Both the position numbers and the translations under genes were made by a program. A DNA stretch of 64,000 nucleotides from the NCBI GenBank assembly GCA_015061465.1, contig SUWN01000005.1:1190-65189 (forward strand). The letters run 5' to 3'. Below are positions 30,337-41,518 of this stretch, piece by piece. How positions within the stretch are numbered: the first letter of the stretch is position 1; each line of letters starts with the position of its first letter. Origin of the DNA: Treponema bryantii. Lineage in GTDB: Bacteria > Spirochaetota > Spirochaetia > Treponematales > Treponemataceae. The notes below the pieces were generated by a model. That model was not told the DNA's origin, made no database searches, and saw only the letters and a program-made list of their open reading frames with translations.

Positions 30337-30942
30337 ATGAAAAAATTTCCTAAATGGCTTATTGCTTTAATCATTATCTTTGTGTGTCTTTTTGGATGCT
30401 ACAGTTGCTATAAAAATACATACAATAATTTAGTTCAATTAGATGAAAACGTAACTGCTCAATGGGCACAAGTTCAAAACCAATACCAACGTCGTCTTGA
30501 TTTAATTCCAAATCTTGTTGCTACTGTAAAAGGTTACGCAAGTCACGAAAGCGATGTTTTTAAACAAGTTGCAGAAGCTCGTTCAAGTGCTGGTGGTCAA
30601 ATCAACATTAGCGATGATGTTCTTTCTGATCCAGAAGCATTTGCTCGTTACCAACAAGTTCAAGATTCATTGGGAAGCAGTTTGCAGCGTCTTTTGATGG
30701 TTACAGAAAATTATCCACAATTAAAAGCTGACCAAAATTTCCTTGCTTTACAAGACCAACTTGAAGGAACAGAAAATAGAATTACTGTAGAAAGACAACG
30801 CTATAACGAAGCAGCAAAAACTTACAATACAAAAATCCGTTCGTTCCCAACAAATATTTTTGCAAACATCAGCGGATTTGAAAAGAAAGTTTACTTTAAT
30901 GCTTCACAAGAAGCTCAATCTGCACCAAAAGTTGAATTCTAA
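30337..30942 (+). CDS. lemA: LemA family protein
   Basis: YQRRLDLIPNLV.TVKGYA.HE, ENYPQLKA, LEGTENRI, FPTNI; ATG 30337 follows a GAGGAG SD. Confidence 0.95.
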   Translation: MKKFPKWLIALIIIFVCLFGCYSCYKNTYNNLVQLDENVTAQWAQVQNQYQRRLDLIPNLVATVKGYASHESDVFKQVAEARSSAGGQINISDDVLSDPEAFARYQQVQDSLGSSLQRLLMVTENYPQLKADQNFLALQDQLEGTENRITVERQRYNEAAKTYNTKIRSFPTNIFANISGFEKKVYFNASQEAQSAPKVEF

Positions 30943-30958
30943 AAAAAAGGTTTTGTAG

Positions 30959-31666
30959 ATGAAACAAAAGACTTTAATAAAAAAACTAAAATTATCTGAA
31001 AAAGATTTTCAAGATATAAAAGCTGCGATTCAAAATGCGGAAGAAAAAACAACTGGAGAAATTGCTGTTGCTGTTGCTCCAGAAAGTGCCCACTACTCTT
31101 TTTGGGAACTTTTGTTTGCTAATTTGATTGCAGCACTCGCTTTAATTTGTCTGTTGCCTTTTGCTGATAAATTTTATTCCATTTACCAAACTGTTTATTG
31201 GCAAAACCAACCTTCTTGGTTGATTCCAGCATTTTTTGTTATCACTTGTTTTTCTACAGTTGCAATCACTTTTTATATTGCAAACATTCCATTCATCGAC
31301 AGAATTATTATTCCAAACGCTGTAAAAAAATCTTGCGTAACTCATCGTGCGTTCAGATATTTTACAGAAAGCGGCGTTTACGACACAGCAGAACATTCTG
31401 GAATTTTAATTTTTGTTTCTTTTATGGAACATCAAGTTAGAATTCTTGCTGATTCAGGAATTGCAAAACGAATTTCGCAAGATTTATGGAATTTAATCGC
31501 CGATGAACTTGCAGAAGATATTAAAAACGGAAAAACAGCTCAGGCATTTTTAAATGCGATTTCCAAATGTGGAGATTTGCTTGCAGAACAATTTCCTGCA
31601 AAAGAAGAAAATCCTAACGAACTTTCCGACGGTCTTGTGATTTTGGGAGATTTGGAATGGTACTAA
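30959..31666 (+). CDS. TPM-domain membrane protein
   Basis: AEEKTTGEI, GILIFVS..EH.VRILADSGI, NPNELSD. Confidence 0.88.
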   Translation: MKQKTLIKKLKLSEKDFQDIKAAIQNAEEKTTGEIAVAVAPESAHYSFWELLFANLIAALALICLLPFADKFYSIYQTVYWQNQPSWLIPAFFVITCFSTVAITFYIANIPFIDRIIIPNAVKKSCVTHRAFRYFTESGVYDTAEHSGILIFVSFMEHQVRILADSGIAKRISQDLWNLIADELAEDIKNGKTAQAFLNAISKCGDLLAEQFPAKEENPNELSDGLVILGDLEWY

Positions 31667-32457
31667 AAAATAATTTCAAAAAATCATTTTGCGCGTTGTG
31701 TGCAATTTTTATTTTTGCAAGTTCAATTTTTGCGTTGGAAGTTCCAGCTTTAAAAGGCCGTGTGAACGACTACGCAAATATTATGAAAAAAGCCGATATT
31801 CAGGAATTAGAATCGTATCTTGCTTCTTTAGAAGACGCTTCTGGAATTCAACTTGCAGTTTTGACAATTCCATCGTTAGAAAATGAAGACATCGCGGTTT
31901 TTGGGCTCAAAGTTGCAGAAAAATGGGGCTTGGGTCAATCAAAAGAAGATAACGGTGCGCTTCTTTTAGTTGCTTACGATGAACGTCAATTAAGAATTGA
32001 TGTGGGCTACGGTCTTGAAGACAAACTCACTGATGTAAAATGCGGTTTAATTATTCGTAACGTGATTATTCCAGAATTTCAGGAAGGCAATTATTCTAAA
32101 GGGATTGTAAAAGGAATTAAAAATATGGCAGGAATTGCTTCTGATAACATGGAAATTGTTGCAAAATCTGTTCAAGACAACGCTTCTGCTGATGATGAAG
32201 TTGGCGGCGTAATTTTTATGTTAATTTGGATTATTTTTATTTTCTTAATCATTTCTTCTAGAGGCGGAATCTTTAAATGGATTTTCCTTTCTAAATTATT
32301 CGGTAACAATCATTCTACAAAACCATTCAACAGTCCAAGTAACCACACTCACACAAATTTTGGTGGCTTTAACAGCAGCAATTTTGGCGGAGGATTCGGT
32401 GGTTTTTCTGGCGGTGGTGGTCACTTTGGTGGTGGCGGCGCTTCTGGTCGCTGGTAA
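31657..32457 (+). CDS. TPM-domain (YgcG-like) protein with a Gly-rich tail
   Basis: RVNDYA, DNGALLLVA, RIDVGYGLE, FSGGGGHFGGGGASGRW. Confidence 0.92.
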   Translation: MVLKNNFKKSFCALCAIFIFASSIFALEVPALKGRVNDYANIMKKADIQELESYLASLEDASGIQLAVLTIPSLENEDIAVFGLKVAEKWGLGQSKEDNGALLLVAYDERQLRIDVGYGLEDKLTDVKCGLIIRNVIIPEFQEGNYSKGIVKGIKNMAGIASDNMEIVAKSVQDNASADDEVGGVIFMLIWIIFIFLIISSRGGIFKWIFLSKLFGNNHSTKPFNSPSNHTHTNFGGFNSSNFGGGFGGFSGGGGHFGGGGASGRW

Positions 32458-32543
32458 AAAAATATTTGCCGTATTATTTTTTCATTCTTATATTTTAGAA
32501 TATAAGAATGAAAAAAGTTAAACCCTTTTTATCGGAGGAATTT

Positions 32544-33242
32544 ATGGCTACACAAGAATTATCTAAACAAGAACAAGTTGAAAAATCAGCAAGACAATTT
32601 ATTTCCAAAGTTTACGCTTGGATGACAGTTGCTTTAGTTGTAAGTGGATTTGCCGCTTGGTACACAGCAAACAGTCAATTGTTAATCAATTTAATTTGGG
32701 GAACTCGTTTTGGATTTTTGGTTTTAATCATTGCAGAAATTGCTCTTGTGTGGTGGCTTTCTGCTTCAATCGGTAAAATTTCTGCATCCGGGGCAATTGT
32801 TGCGTTCGTTGTTTATTCGCTTTTAAACGGAATGATGCTTTCTTCCATTTTTGTTGTTTATACTAGCGCCGCAATCGGACGCGTCTTTTTAATAACTGCA
32901 GGAATGTTTGGAGCAATGACTTTGTACGGAATGTTCACAAAGCAAAAATTGAATTCCTTTGGCAGATATTTTATGATGGCTTTGTTTGGAGTTATCATCG
33001 CAAGTTTGCTAAACTTTTTGTTCCGTTCATCTGTACTTGATATAATCATTTCTATTGTAACTCTTGTAATTTTTATTGGATTAACTGCATACGATACTCA
33101 AAAAATCATGAAAGCGGCTGCTCATTACGATGGTTCAGAAATGTTTCAAAAAGCTGCAGTAATCAGCGCCCTTGAATTGTATTTGGATTTTATAAATATT
33201 TTCCTTGTTTTGTTGCGTTTGTTTGGAAGAAGCCAAGATTAA
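32544..33242 (+). CDS. Bax inhibitor-1 / YccA family membrane protein
   Basis: KVYAWM, TAYDTQKI, ALELYLDFINIFL; ATG 32544 follows a GGAGG SD. Confidence 0.92.
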   Translation: MATQELSKQEQVEKSARQFISKVYAWMTVALVVSGFAAWYTANSQLLINLIWGTRFGFLVLIIAEIALVWWLSASIGKISASGAIVAFVVYSLLNGMMLSSIFVVYTSAAIGRVFLITAGMFGAMTLYGMFTKQKLNSFGRYFMMALFGVIIASLLNFLFRSSVLDIIISIVTLVIFIGLTAYDTQKIMKAAAHYDGSEMFQKAAVISALELYLDFINIFLVLLRLFGRSQD

Positions 33243-33319
33243 ACGTTTAACTAAGGAAATATCCTTAAAAACTGAAAAATCGATTTTATATTATTCTGTT
33301 TTGGTTTATAATTTTAGGC

Positions 33320-34924
33320 ATGAATACTAAGATTATAAACCCTATTTTACCTGGTTTTTTTCCAGACCCTTCAATTTGTGAAGCAAACGGAGCTTACTAT
33401 TTAGTAAACTCATCTTTTTCTTATTTTCCTGGCTTACCTATTTTTAAAAGTACAGACTGCTGTAATTGGGAACAAATAGGTAATATCATTCACAGAGAAT
33501 CTCAATTAGATTTTATTGGGCAAGGTGTTTCAAGAGGACTTTTTGCTCCTACAATTCGCTACCACAACGGACGTTTTTATTGTATTTGTACACAAGTAGA
33601 TAGAATTGGAAACTTCTTTGTTTACGCAGACAATCCAGAAGGTCCTTGGTCTGATCCAATCGTTATTCCAGGCGCAGAAGGAATTGACCCATCGTTATTC
33701 TTTGATGATGATGGCAAAGTTTGGTACACAGGAACTCGTCCCGCTCCAGAAGGTGTAAAATGGAACGGAAACTGGGAAATTTGGATTCAGCAACTTGATA
33801 TTCAAACAGGGAAACTCCTTGGAGAACCTAAAGGAATTTGGCGTGGTGCATTAAAAAATTGTATTTGGCCAGAAGGTCCTCATATCTATAAAATTGACGG
33901 AACATATTTCTTAATGCACGCAGAAGGCGGAACTGGTCCAGACCACGCTGTTTGTATTGCAAAATGTGACACAATTGATGGTGAATGGGTTGGAAAACCT
34001 GCAAACCCAATTTTGACACACAGACATTTAGGAATGGGAGCAGGCGTTGTTTACGTAGGACACGCAGATTTATTCAAAGATACAAACGGTCGCTGGTGGA
34101 TGGTTTGTTTGGCTTCTCGCCCATACGGAAAAGTTGGCGAAAAATGCTGTAACATGGGAAGAGAAACTTTCCTTGTTCCTGTTAAATGGGAAAACGGTTG
34201 GCCTTTAGTTTCTTGGCAAACAGGTCTTGTAGAAAACGCTTATACAATAGAAGGAAACGTTACAAAACGTGAAGATTCTGACACAGACGCAGTAATTTTC
34301 CCAGAAAAAGACGACTTTGATTGTGACAAATTAGCTGATTATTGGATTAGTTTAAGAAGTCGTAATCCAAAATTGGTAACTTTATCAGAAAACAAAGGTA
34401 ATCTTCGTCTTTACGCAAGCGGAAACATTTGCGGAACAGAAGAAACAAGTTTTGTTGCTCAACGTCAAACTGCATTCAGTTATGAATCTTACACAAAAAT
34501 GAACGCAAACTTAAAATCAAACGGAGACGGTGCAGGTTTGTGTTGTTTCCAATGTGAAAACTTCAACTACAAATTGCAACTTACATTAAAAGACGGAAAA
34601 TATTTTGTTCAACTTCTTAAAAATGACGGTTCAGAAAAATTGGACACTGTTATTGCAGAAAAACAAGTTGATTCAAATCAAATCGTTTTGGGTGTTGTTG
34701 CAAATAAACAAAAATTGCAATTTGTTTTTGGCGCAGACAAATCAAATCTTCAAGTTCTTGCAAGCGACATCGACGCAACAATTTTGAGTGTTGAAAAAGC
34801 AGGCGGATTTGTTGGAACAATTATTGGTATGTACGCACAATCAGAAAATGGTAACGAATCTTATGCAGATTTTGATTGGTTTGAATACAAAAATTTAACA
34901 AAGGAATGGATTGATAATGAATAG
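33320..34924 (+). CDS. Glycoside hydrolase family 43 (beta-xylosidase/arabinofuranosidase)
   Basis: NPILPGFFPDPSI, APTIRYH, GIDPSLF, EGPHIYK, GHADL, GRETFL; C-terminal beta-sandwich. Confidence 0.93.
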   Translation: MNTKIINPILPGFFPDPSICEANGAYYLVNSSFSYFPGLPIFKSTDCCNWEQIGNIIHRESQLDFIGQGVSRGLFAPTIRYHNGRFYCICTQVDRIGNFFVYADNPEGPWSDPIVIPGAEGIDPSLFFDDDGKVWYTGTRPAPEGVKWNGNWEIWIQQLDIQTGKLLGEPKGIWRGALKNCIWPEGPHIYKIDGTYFLMHAEGGTGPDHAVCIAKCDTIDGEWVGKPANPILTHRHLGMGAGVVYVGHADLFKDTNGRWWMVCLASRPYGKVGEKCCNMGRETFLVPVKWENGWPLVSWQTGLVENAYTIEGNVTKREDSDTDAVIFPEKDDFDCDKLADYWISLRSRNPKLVTLSENKGNLRLYASGNICGTEETSFVAQRQTAFSYESYTKMNANLKSNGDGAGLCCFQCENFNYKLQLTLKDGKYFVQLLKNDGSEKLDTVIAEKQVDSNQIVLGVVANKQKLQFVFGADKSNLQVLASDIDATILSVEKAGGFVGTIIGMYAQSENGNESYADFDWFEYKNLTKEWIDNE

Positions 34925-36911
34925 TTCTTTTTACACAAAAGGAATCTGTGGCAATGGAATGGTTTTGCAGCGCAATAGCGTGAACTGTGTTTACGGAGTT
35001 GCACCAAAAAGTTCCATTGTTGAATTTTCGTTCAGAAATTTAAAATGGAAAACTGAAGCAGACGAAAACGGAAATTGGAAATTTGAATTTAATCCAGGAA
35101 AAGAAGGAGGACCTGACACACTTACTCTAAAATGTGAAAGCAAAACTATTACTTTTACAGACGTTTTTACAGGTGAAGTTTGGGTCAATTCTGGTCAGTC
35201 AAACGCGCAACTTCCAATGGAAAGAATGAAATATTCATATCCAGAAGAATTCCGCTTGCCAGAAAATCCTTATATCAGAATGATTACAATTCCAATTACA
35301 TACGCTTTTGATGGCGAAAGAGATTCTGTAGAAAATCCAACTTGGCTTTGTGCAAACAAAGATAATTTGGGAGAAATGTCTGGGACTGCGTACTTTTTTG
35401 CAAAAAAACTTGCAAAAGATTTAAGATGTCCAATCGGAATTATCAATGCAAGCCAAGGCGGGTCTCCTGTTTCTGCATGGATGGATTACGATTCATTAAA
35501 AGAAGTTGGGCGCGATGATTATGTTCAACGTGCTGACAATTGTAAAAATCCGGAATTTATAAACGAAAAAATCGCTGCGGCTCAAAAAGCCGAAGCTGAA
35601 TGGAACACAAACATTTACAACGCTGATAAAGGAATGGCGGAAGAATGGTTCAAAACTGATTTTTCTGCGGCAAAAGATTGGCAAACAGTTTGTATTCCCG
35701 GCTCAATCGATTTAGCAGAAAAAGCCGGAATTGTTTGGCTCAAAAAAGAAATCGTACTTTCTAAAGAACAGGCTGAAGAATTCAATTCCAAAGTTACAAA
35801 TCTTTGGCTTGGAACAATCATCGATGCCGACAAAGTTTGGGTAAACGGAACTGAAATTGGTGTAACTTATTACACTTACCCACCTCGCCGCTACAATGTA
35901 CCAAACGGAATTCTAAAAGAAGGTTCTAACACAATTACAGTTCGTGTTCAATTAAACAGTTCTTTTGGAAAAATTCATTTTTATGAAGAAAAACCATATT
36001 GCTTGTTTACTGACGACGTTTATGTTTGCCCAGTTGCTTTTAGAAATGTAGAAAAAAAATCTACACCAGAAACAAACACAGGCATAAAAATCAGTCTTGA
36101 AGGCGAATGGAAAGCTTGTGTTGGAGCGCAAGTAGAAAATGCACCAGCTGGCCTTTTCTTTGAATGGGAACCAACTGCTTTATATAATGCGATGTTGGCA
36201 CCAGCTTTTAAACACGCTATTGCAGGATTCTTGTGGTATCAAGGTGAAAGTGATGCGTACCAAAGCGCAGAATACAAAAAACTTCTAAAAAAGATGATTG
36301 AATTGTGGCGCAGAAAATTTGTTTATGCTTCATCTCATAACGCACCTTTTGTTGTAATGCAACTTCCAAACTGGGCTAACAACAAAGATGAATATATTTT
36401 GGAAGAAAATTGTTCTTGGGCAGAATTACGTGACGCACAAGCGTATGTTGTAGAAACAACACCAAATACAGCGCTTGCAGTTGCAATTGATGCTGGAGAA
36501 TGGAACGACTTGCATCCAGAAAAGAAACTTACTTGTGGAACTCGCGCTGCAATGCAAGCATTACGTCTTGCTTACGATTACGATTATCCAACAAATCCTA
36601 TTATAAAATTGATTCGTTGGCAAAAAGATTCCATTACAATTACGTTTGAAAACGTAAACAAATCTTTGTATGTAATAGACAACGATGAAGGAAAAGTTTC
36701 TGGATTCACAATTTTGTACATACAAGACGGCAAAAAACATCTTATGGAATTAAAAGATGTTACATTAATCAACAATCATCAAGTAGAAATAAAACTACCT
36801 CAGATTGATGGTGAAATTTTTGAATTATTATATCTTTGGGCAGACAATCCTTGTGCAAATCTTTACACAGATTTAGAAATCCCAGTTGCACCTTTTAGAT
36901 GTGCTCTGTAG
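34911..36911 (+). CDS. Sialate O-acetylesterase (SASA)-like SGNH esterase
   Basis: MVLQR, GEVWVNSGQSN, GGS, LWYQGESD, QLPN, DLHP.KK. Confidence 0.88.
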   Translation: MIMNSSFYTKGICGNGMVLQRNSVNCVYGVAPKSSIVEFSFRNLKWKTEADENGNWKFEFNPGKEGGPDTLTLKCESKTITFTDVFTGEVWVNSGQSNAQLPMERMKYSYPEEFRLPENPYIRMITIPITYAFDGERDSVENPTWLCANKDNLGEMSGTAYFFAKKLAKDLRCPIGIINASQGGSPVSAWMDYDSLKEVGRDDYVQRADNCKNPEFINEKIAAAQKAEAEWNTNIYNADKGMAEEWFKTDFSAAKDWQTVCIPGSIDLAEKAGIVWLKKEIVLSKEQAEEFNSKVTNLWLGTIIDADKVWVNGTEIGVTYYTYPPRRYNVPNGILKEGSNTITVRVQLNSSFGKIHFYEEKPYCLFTDDVYVCPVAFRNVEKKSTPETNTGIKISLEGEWKACVGAQVENAPAGLFFEWEPTALYNAMLAPAFKHAIAGFLWYQGESDAYQSAEYKKLLKKMIELWRRKFVYASSHNAPFVVMQLPNWANNKDEYILEENCSWAELRDAQAYVVETTPNTALAVAIDAGEWNDLHPEKKLTCGTRAAMQALRLAYDYDYPTNPIIKLIRWQKDSITITFENVNKSLYVIDNDEGKVSGFTILYIQDGKKHLMELKDVTLINNHQVEIKLPQIDGEIFELLYLWADNPCANLYTDLEIPVAPFRCAL

Positions 36912-38400
36912 ATTTTCTGCCATAAAGTTCAGTGAAATATTTTAATTTTGTTTCACTAATAGAATCCATTTCTTCTGTAGTTGCACGCCACGTCCAGTTG
37001 CCTCCGACTACAGAAGGAGTGTTCATTCTTGCTTCACTTCCTAATCCAATCAAATCCTGAATTGTAAGAATACAAATATTGCTCACGCTACTTAATGCAC
37101 AAATCATCATTTCTTCGGCAAGTTTTGCTTTGTCTTGTATTCTAAAAAAATTGCACGCGTAATCTACACAAGAATGATAGCACGAATCTATCCAGCCTTT
37201 TAGCGTGTTGTTGTCGTGAGTTCCTGTGTAAACGACTGTATTCTTGGAATAATTGAATGGTAAATATTCTTCACCATCTTTGGAATCAAATGCAAATTGC
37301 AAAACTTTCATTCCCATAAAATCACTTTGTTTTAATAAACGTTTGACAGATAAAGTCAAAAATCCTAAATCTTCTGCAATAAGAGGAAGTTCACCCAAAT
37401 CTTTTTTTAAACTATTTATAAAATCAATTCCTGGACCTTTTTTCCATTTTCCGTTTGTTGCGTCTTCACTTCCGTATGGAATTGCGTAATATGAATCCAA
37501 ACCTCTAAAATGATCTATTCGAATTACATCGTAAAATTTCAAACCCATAAAAATTCGCTTTTTCCACCAGGCATATTCAGATTTTTTCATAAAGTTCCAA
37601 TCGTAAACAGGATTTCCCCAAAGTTGACCTTTTGTAGAAAAAGCATCTGGTGGACAACCTGCAACTTCAATAGGAACCAAATCTTCGTTCAGATAAAACA
37701 AATTTGGATTTGACCAAACATCTGCGCTATCACTTGAAACATAAATTGGTAAATCACCAATAATTTTTATTCCGTTTTTGTTTGCGTAAGTTTTTAATTC
37801 ATTCCATTGTTTAAAAAAGAAATATTGAAGCATTTTGTGATACAGGATTTTATCTGCACAAGTTTTTTTGTATTTTTCCAATTCGCTTTTGCGTCTTTTT
37901 TTTAACAAATCATCCCATTCGTAAAAAGAAAGTGAATCATTTAAATCTTTGAGCGCCATAAATAATGCGTAATCATCGAGCCAAAAATTGTTTTCGGCAC
38001 AAAAAGTGTTAAAATCTGGCGGAATAAACTGAACAAAATTTTCGTACAATTTATTAAAAACAATTTTTCGGTTTTTATACAAAAGTGAATAATCAACAAC
38101 TCGCGGATTTTTTCCCCAATCTAAATTTTGAAAATCATCGCGCTTTAAAAATCCCTGTTTGGAAAGAATTTTTAAATCTATAAAATACGGATTTCCAGCG
38201 AATGTAGAAAAACTTTGATAAGGAGAATCGCCAAAACTTGTGGGCCCGATAGGAAGAATCTGCCAATAAGTTTGACCGGAGCGAACCAAAAAATCTACAA
38301 ATCTATAAGCGTTTGAACCAAAAGTTCCAATTCCAAAATCATCTGGCAAAGAAGAAATGTGCATCAAAATTCCGCTTGCTCTTTTATCTAATAAACTCAT
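36895..38400 (-). CDS. malQ: 4-alpha-glucanotransferase (GH77)
   Basis: GILMHISSLP, WQILP, GDLPIYV, GQLWGNP, RIDHFRG, AEDLG, TGTHDN. Confidence 0.96.
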   Translation of the reverse strand: MSLLDKRASGILMHISSLPDDFGIGTFGSNAYRFVDFLVRSGQTYWQILPIGPTSFGDSPYQSFSTFAGNPYFIDLKILSKQGFLKRDDFQNLDWGKNPRVVDYSLLYKNRKIVFNKLYENFVQFIPPDFNTFCAENNFWLDDYALFMALKDLNDSLSFYEWDDLLKKRRKSELEKYKKTCADKILYHKMLQYFFFKQWNELKTYANKNGIKIIGDLPIYVSSDSADVWSNPNLFYLNEDLVPIEVAGCPPDAFSTKGQLWGNPVYDWNFMKKSEYAWWKKRIFMGLKFYDVIRIDHFRGLDSYYAIPYGSEDATNGKWKKGPGIDFINSLKKDLGELPLIAEDLGFLTLSVKRLLKQSDFMGMKVLQFAFDSKDGEEYLPFNYSKNTVVYTGTHDNNTLKGWIDSCYHSCVDYACNFFRIQDKAKLAEEMMICALSSVSNICILTIQDLIGLGSEARMNTPSVVGGNWTWRATTEEMDSISETKLKYFTELYGRKSTEHI

Positions 38401-38422
38401 ATTTCCTCCAAAAATTGCTGAA

Positions 38423-39292
38423 TCATCCTTTTACGGCGCCGGCAACAACACCTTTTATGATGTATTTTTGGGACGATACATAAAAAATCACGATTGGAAT
38501 AATTGCCAAAACCAACATCGCCATAAATCCACCGTAATCTACAGAACCGTAAGCGCCTTGCATAGAAATTTGAATTGCAACAGGAATAGTTTTGTTTCTT
38601 GTTCCCAAAATCAAATAAGGCAAAAGATAATCGTTCCAAATCCACATTGTATTTAAAATCGCAACGGTAACTACAATCGGTTTAAGAACGGGAAGAACAA
38701 CGAGGGAATAAGTTTGCAACGGATTACATCCATCAATTGTGGCCGCTTCTTCAATTTCTAACGGAACGCCTTTTATAAATCCAGTGAACATAAAAACTGC
38801 AAGACCAGCTCCAAATCCCAAATAAACAAAAATAATTCCAAAAATATTATCAAAGTGCAAAAGATTTACGATGTACGTCATTGTATACATAACCATCTGA
38901 AAAGGAACAATCATACTGAACGCAAAAACATAATACATTGTGGAAGTAACTTTATTTTTTATTCTAGCGATGAACCAAGAAATCATGGACGCACACACAA
39001 TTATCAGCAAAACTGAAAAAATTGTGATGAAAATACTTCGACCAAACGCGCCAACAAATCTGATGGTTGTAAGTCCATTTATATAATTTTGTAAACCTAC
39101 AAAAGTTTCTGCGTTTGGAAAATTGAACGGTTCGGTAGAAATAAAAAACCTTGATTTAAACGAATTCATAAATACAAGTAAAATCGGGATTAAAAATACA
39201 ACTGATAATATTGCTAGAAATCCAATTTTTAAATATGTAGAAACTTTTATTTTATTTTGCATTTTATTTTCTCCATTAAATCTTATTTCCAT
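38423..39292 (-). CDS. Carbohydrate ABC transporter permease
   Basis: EIEEAATIDG, WNDYLLP, C-terminal GAVKG. Confidence 0.92.
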   Translation of the reverse strand: MEIRFNGENKMQNKIKVSTYLKIGFLAILSVVFLIPILLVFMNSFKSRFFISTEPFNFPNAETFVGLQNYINGLTTIRFVGAFGRSIFITIFSVLLIIVCASMISWFIARIKNKVTSTMYYVFAFSMIVPFQMVMYTMTYIVNLLHFDNIFGIIFVYLGFGAGLAVFMFTGFIKGVPLEIEEAATIDGCNPLQTYSLVVLPVLKPIVVTVAILNTMWIWNDYLLPYLILGTRNKTIPVAIQISMQGAYGSVDYGGFMAMLVLAIIPIVIFYVSSQKYIIKGVVAGAVKG

Positions 39293-40138
39293 TTATTCTA
39301 TTTGTTTTTTATTTCCTGCTCTGATTTGAATAAAAGCAACTACGGCAACAATCACAAAGAAAATTACCGCTTTTGCTTGTCCAACCCCTTGCCAGCCTAC
39401 TCGACCGTAGAATGTGTTGTAAATATTCAACGCCAGCATTTCTGTTGTTCTGTTAGGAGCGCCCGCAGTAAGCGCAAGGTTTTGGTCGAACATTTTAAAA
39501 GTATTTGTCAGTGTCAAAAAAGTACAAATTGTGATAGAAGGCATCATCATTGGAATTTTTATGGAAAATAACGTTCTTGTTGTAGACGCTCCATCAATAC
39601 TTGCCGCTTCTAACAAATCATTAGGAATGTTTTGGAGACCTGCGATGTAAATTACCATCATGTAACCAATAAGCTGCCAATTTGTAAGAACCACAAGTCC
39701 CCAAAATCCGTATTCAGTTTTAAAAGTGATGTCTACGCCCCACAAAGAAAGAACGCCATTTATCAAAAGGTTCCAAATGTATCCTAAAACGATTCCACCG
39801 ATTAGATTTGGCATAAAAAACACAGACCTAAAAAATTTAGTTCCTTTTAATCCTTTTGTAAGCATAAGCGCCAACAAAAAAGCAAAAACGTTTACTGTGA
39901 TAATAGAAACGATAGAAAACAAAGTTGTAAATTTGAGAGCGTGAACAAATTCTGAATCGAACGTAAACGCTTTAATGTAATTTTCTAAACCAACCCATTT
40001 TGCATTTGAAATTGTTGTAAAATTTGTGAAAGAAAGATAAAGTCCCATCACAAAAGGAACAAGAAAAAACAAAATAAAAGCAATTAAAGTAGGCAAAACA
40101 AAAATCGGGAAATATTTTTTTAACGGATTTTTTTCCAT
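39293..40138 (-). CDS. Carbohydrate ABC transporter permease
   Basis: FFMPNLIGG, AGLQNIP..LLEAASIDGA. Confidence 0.92.
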   Translation of the reverse strand: MEKNPLKKYFPIFVLPTLIAFILFFLVPFVMGLYLSFTNFTTISNAKWVGLENYIKAFTFDSEFVHALKFTTLFSIVSIITVNVFAFLLALMLTKGLKGTKFFRSVFFMPNLIGGIVLGYIWNLLINGVLSLWGVDITFKTEYGFWGLVVLTNWQLIGYMMVIYIAGLQNIPNDLLEAASIDGASTTRTLFSIKIPMMMPSITICTFLTLTNTFKMFDQNLALTAGAPNRTTEMLALNIYNTFYGRVGWQGVGQAKAVIFFVIVAVVAFIQIRAGNKKQIE

Positions 40139-40162
40139 AATGAACCTTCCACAAAAGCACGA

Positions 40163-41518
40163 CTAATTATTAGCCAAAGCGTTACTTTCTTTATCCCACG
40201 AATAAACCATGTCTTTTTCTACGTTGTACCAAGACTTTGCACCTTGCGCATATTGTAAAAGTGATGAACCAAAATCTTCCTTAAATTTTCCAGATGGGAA
40301 CAATGTAAAATTCCATGGAATAGAATAAATATTTGGTTTTTCCATCCATTTTACAACTTCTACAGCAAGAGGATCTTTGGGAGTTTCGGCTTGTGAAAAA
40401 GTGTCGAAGGGCGCTATAAAGCCAAAAAGATTTGTTACAAAGTTTTTGCCAACATCACTTGAATAAAGCCAGTAAATAAAATCGGCAGTTGCTTTTTGGT
40501 CTTCTGGAGATGCTTTTGCGTTGATTGCGTAAAAGTTTTCTGTTCCAATACACAAACCTTGATTTTCTTCACCAGGCATTCCTGTGTAAATTGGTAAAAA
40601 TCTGATATTTTCGGAAAGAACTTTGTTTCCAGAAACTTCGGCAATTTGACTCCACGCCCAGTTTCCGTTTTGAACCATTGCACATTTTTCCAAAGCGAAT
40701 TCTGCCATGGAATCTGCAACGGTTTTAGAACCAACAAGTTTTCGGCTGATTGTAGAATTGTTCAAATATAAATCAAAAATATTTTTATAGTTTGCGCCAA
40801 ATTCAAAAGTGATTTCTTTTGTAGAATCAGAAGTCAAATCTACATTGTTGTCCATAAATTCGTAAGTGATTGGAATATTTGTCAAATGAGTTTGCCATCT
40901 CCAGTCTTCTCCAGCTTTTAACGAAGTACAAGCAAAAACTCCATCAATTCCAAGTTTGTTTGCATTTTTTTGCATATCCAAAACAACAGCTTTTAGAGCA
41001 TCAAAATTGTTTATTTGGTCCATGCTTGTATATTTGACAGCTTTTGAAGGAAGAGCAAAATATTTATCTGTGATTGCTTTGTTGTAAATAATTCCGTAGC
41101 CTTCTACAACGTAAGGAATTCCATAAACTTTACCGTTTGCTGTAATTGCAAGTGATTTGTCAGAAAGATGTTTGTATAATTCTGTATCAGATAAATCTGC
41201 GCAATAATCTTTCCAATTTGCATAACCGCGTGGCCCATTCAACTGAAAAAGTGTTGGTGCATCTTTGGATGACATTTTGGCAGAAAGAGCGGCTTCGTAA
41301 ACATTATTTGCGGCAGTTTCAACAATCACTTTTACACCAGTTTCTTCTTCGTAAACACTGGCAACTTGTAAATAATAATTTGCAACTTCCGGCTTAAAAT
41401 TCAAATAACGAACAACAGGAGTTTTGTTTTTTTTGGAACAAGAGCCTAAAACTCCTGTAAAAATAAATATGGACATACAAACAAATGTACATCCAATAAA
41501 TCTAAAACTTTTTTTCAT
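40163..41518 (-). CDS. Carbohydrate ABC substrate-binding lipoprotein (MsmE-like, probably for alpha-glucans)
   Basis: Lipobox LGSC, YLNFKPE, VEGYGIIYN, AMVQNGNW; operon with malQ. Confidence 0.88.
   Translation of the reverse strand: MKKSFRFIGCTFVCMSIFIFTGVLGSCSKKNKTPVVRYLNFKPEVANYYLQVASVYEEETGVKVIVETAANNVYEAALSAKMSSKDAPTLFQLNGPRGYANWKDYCADLSDTELYKHLSDKSLAITANGKVYGIPYVVEGYGIIYNKAITDKYFALPSKAVKYTSMDQINNFDALKAVVLDMQKNANKLGIDGVFACTSLKAGEDWRWQTHLTNIPITYEFMDNNVDLTSDSTKEITFEFGANYKNIFDLYLNNSTISRKLVGSKTVADSMAEFALEKCAMVQNGNWAWSQIAEVSGNKVLSENIRFLPIYTGMPGEENQGLCIGTENFYAINAKASPEDQKATADFIYWLYSSDVGKNFVTNLFGFIAPFDTFSQAETPKDPLAVEVVKWMEKPNIYSIPWNFTLFPSGKFKEDFGSSLLQYAQGAKSWYNVEKDMVYSWDKESNALANN

Noticed and set aside
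30337-33242. lemA-TPM-TPM-YccA cluster as a novel system
   Set aside because: The lemA-TPM arrangement is widespread and already recognised; nothing unusual here.
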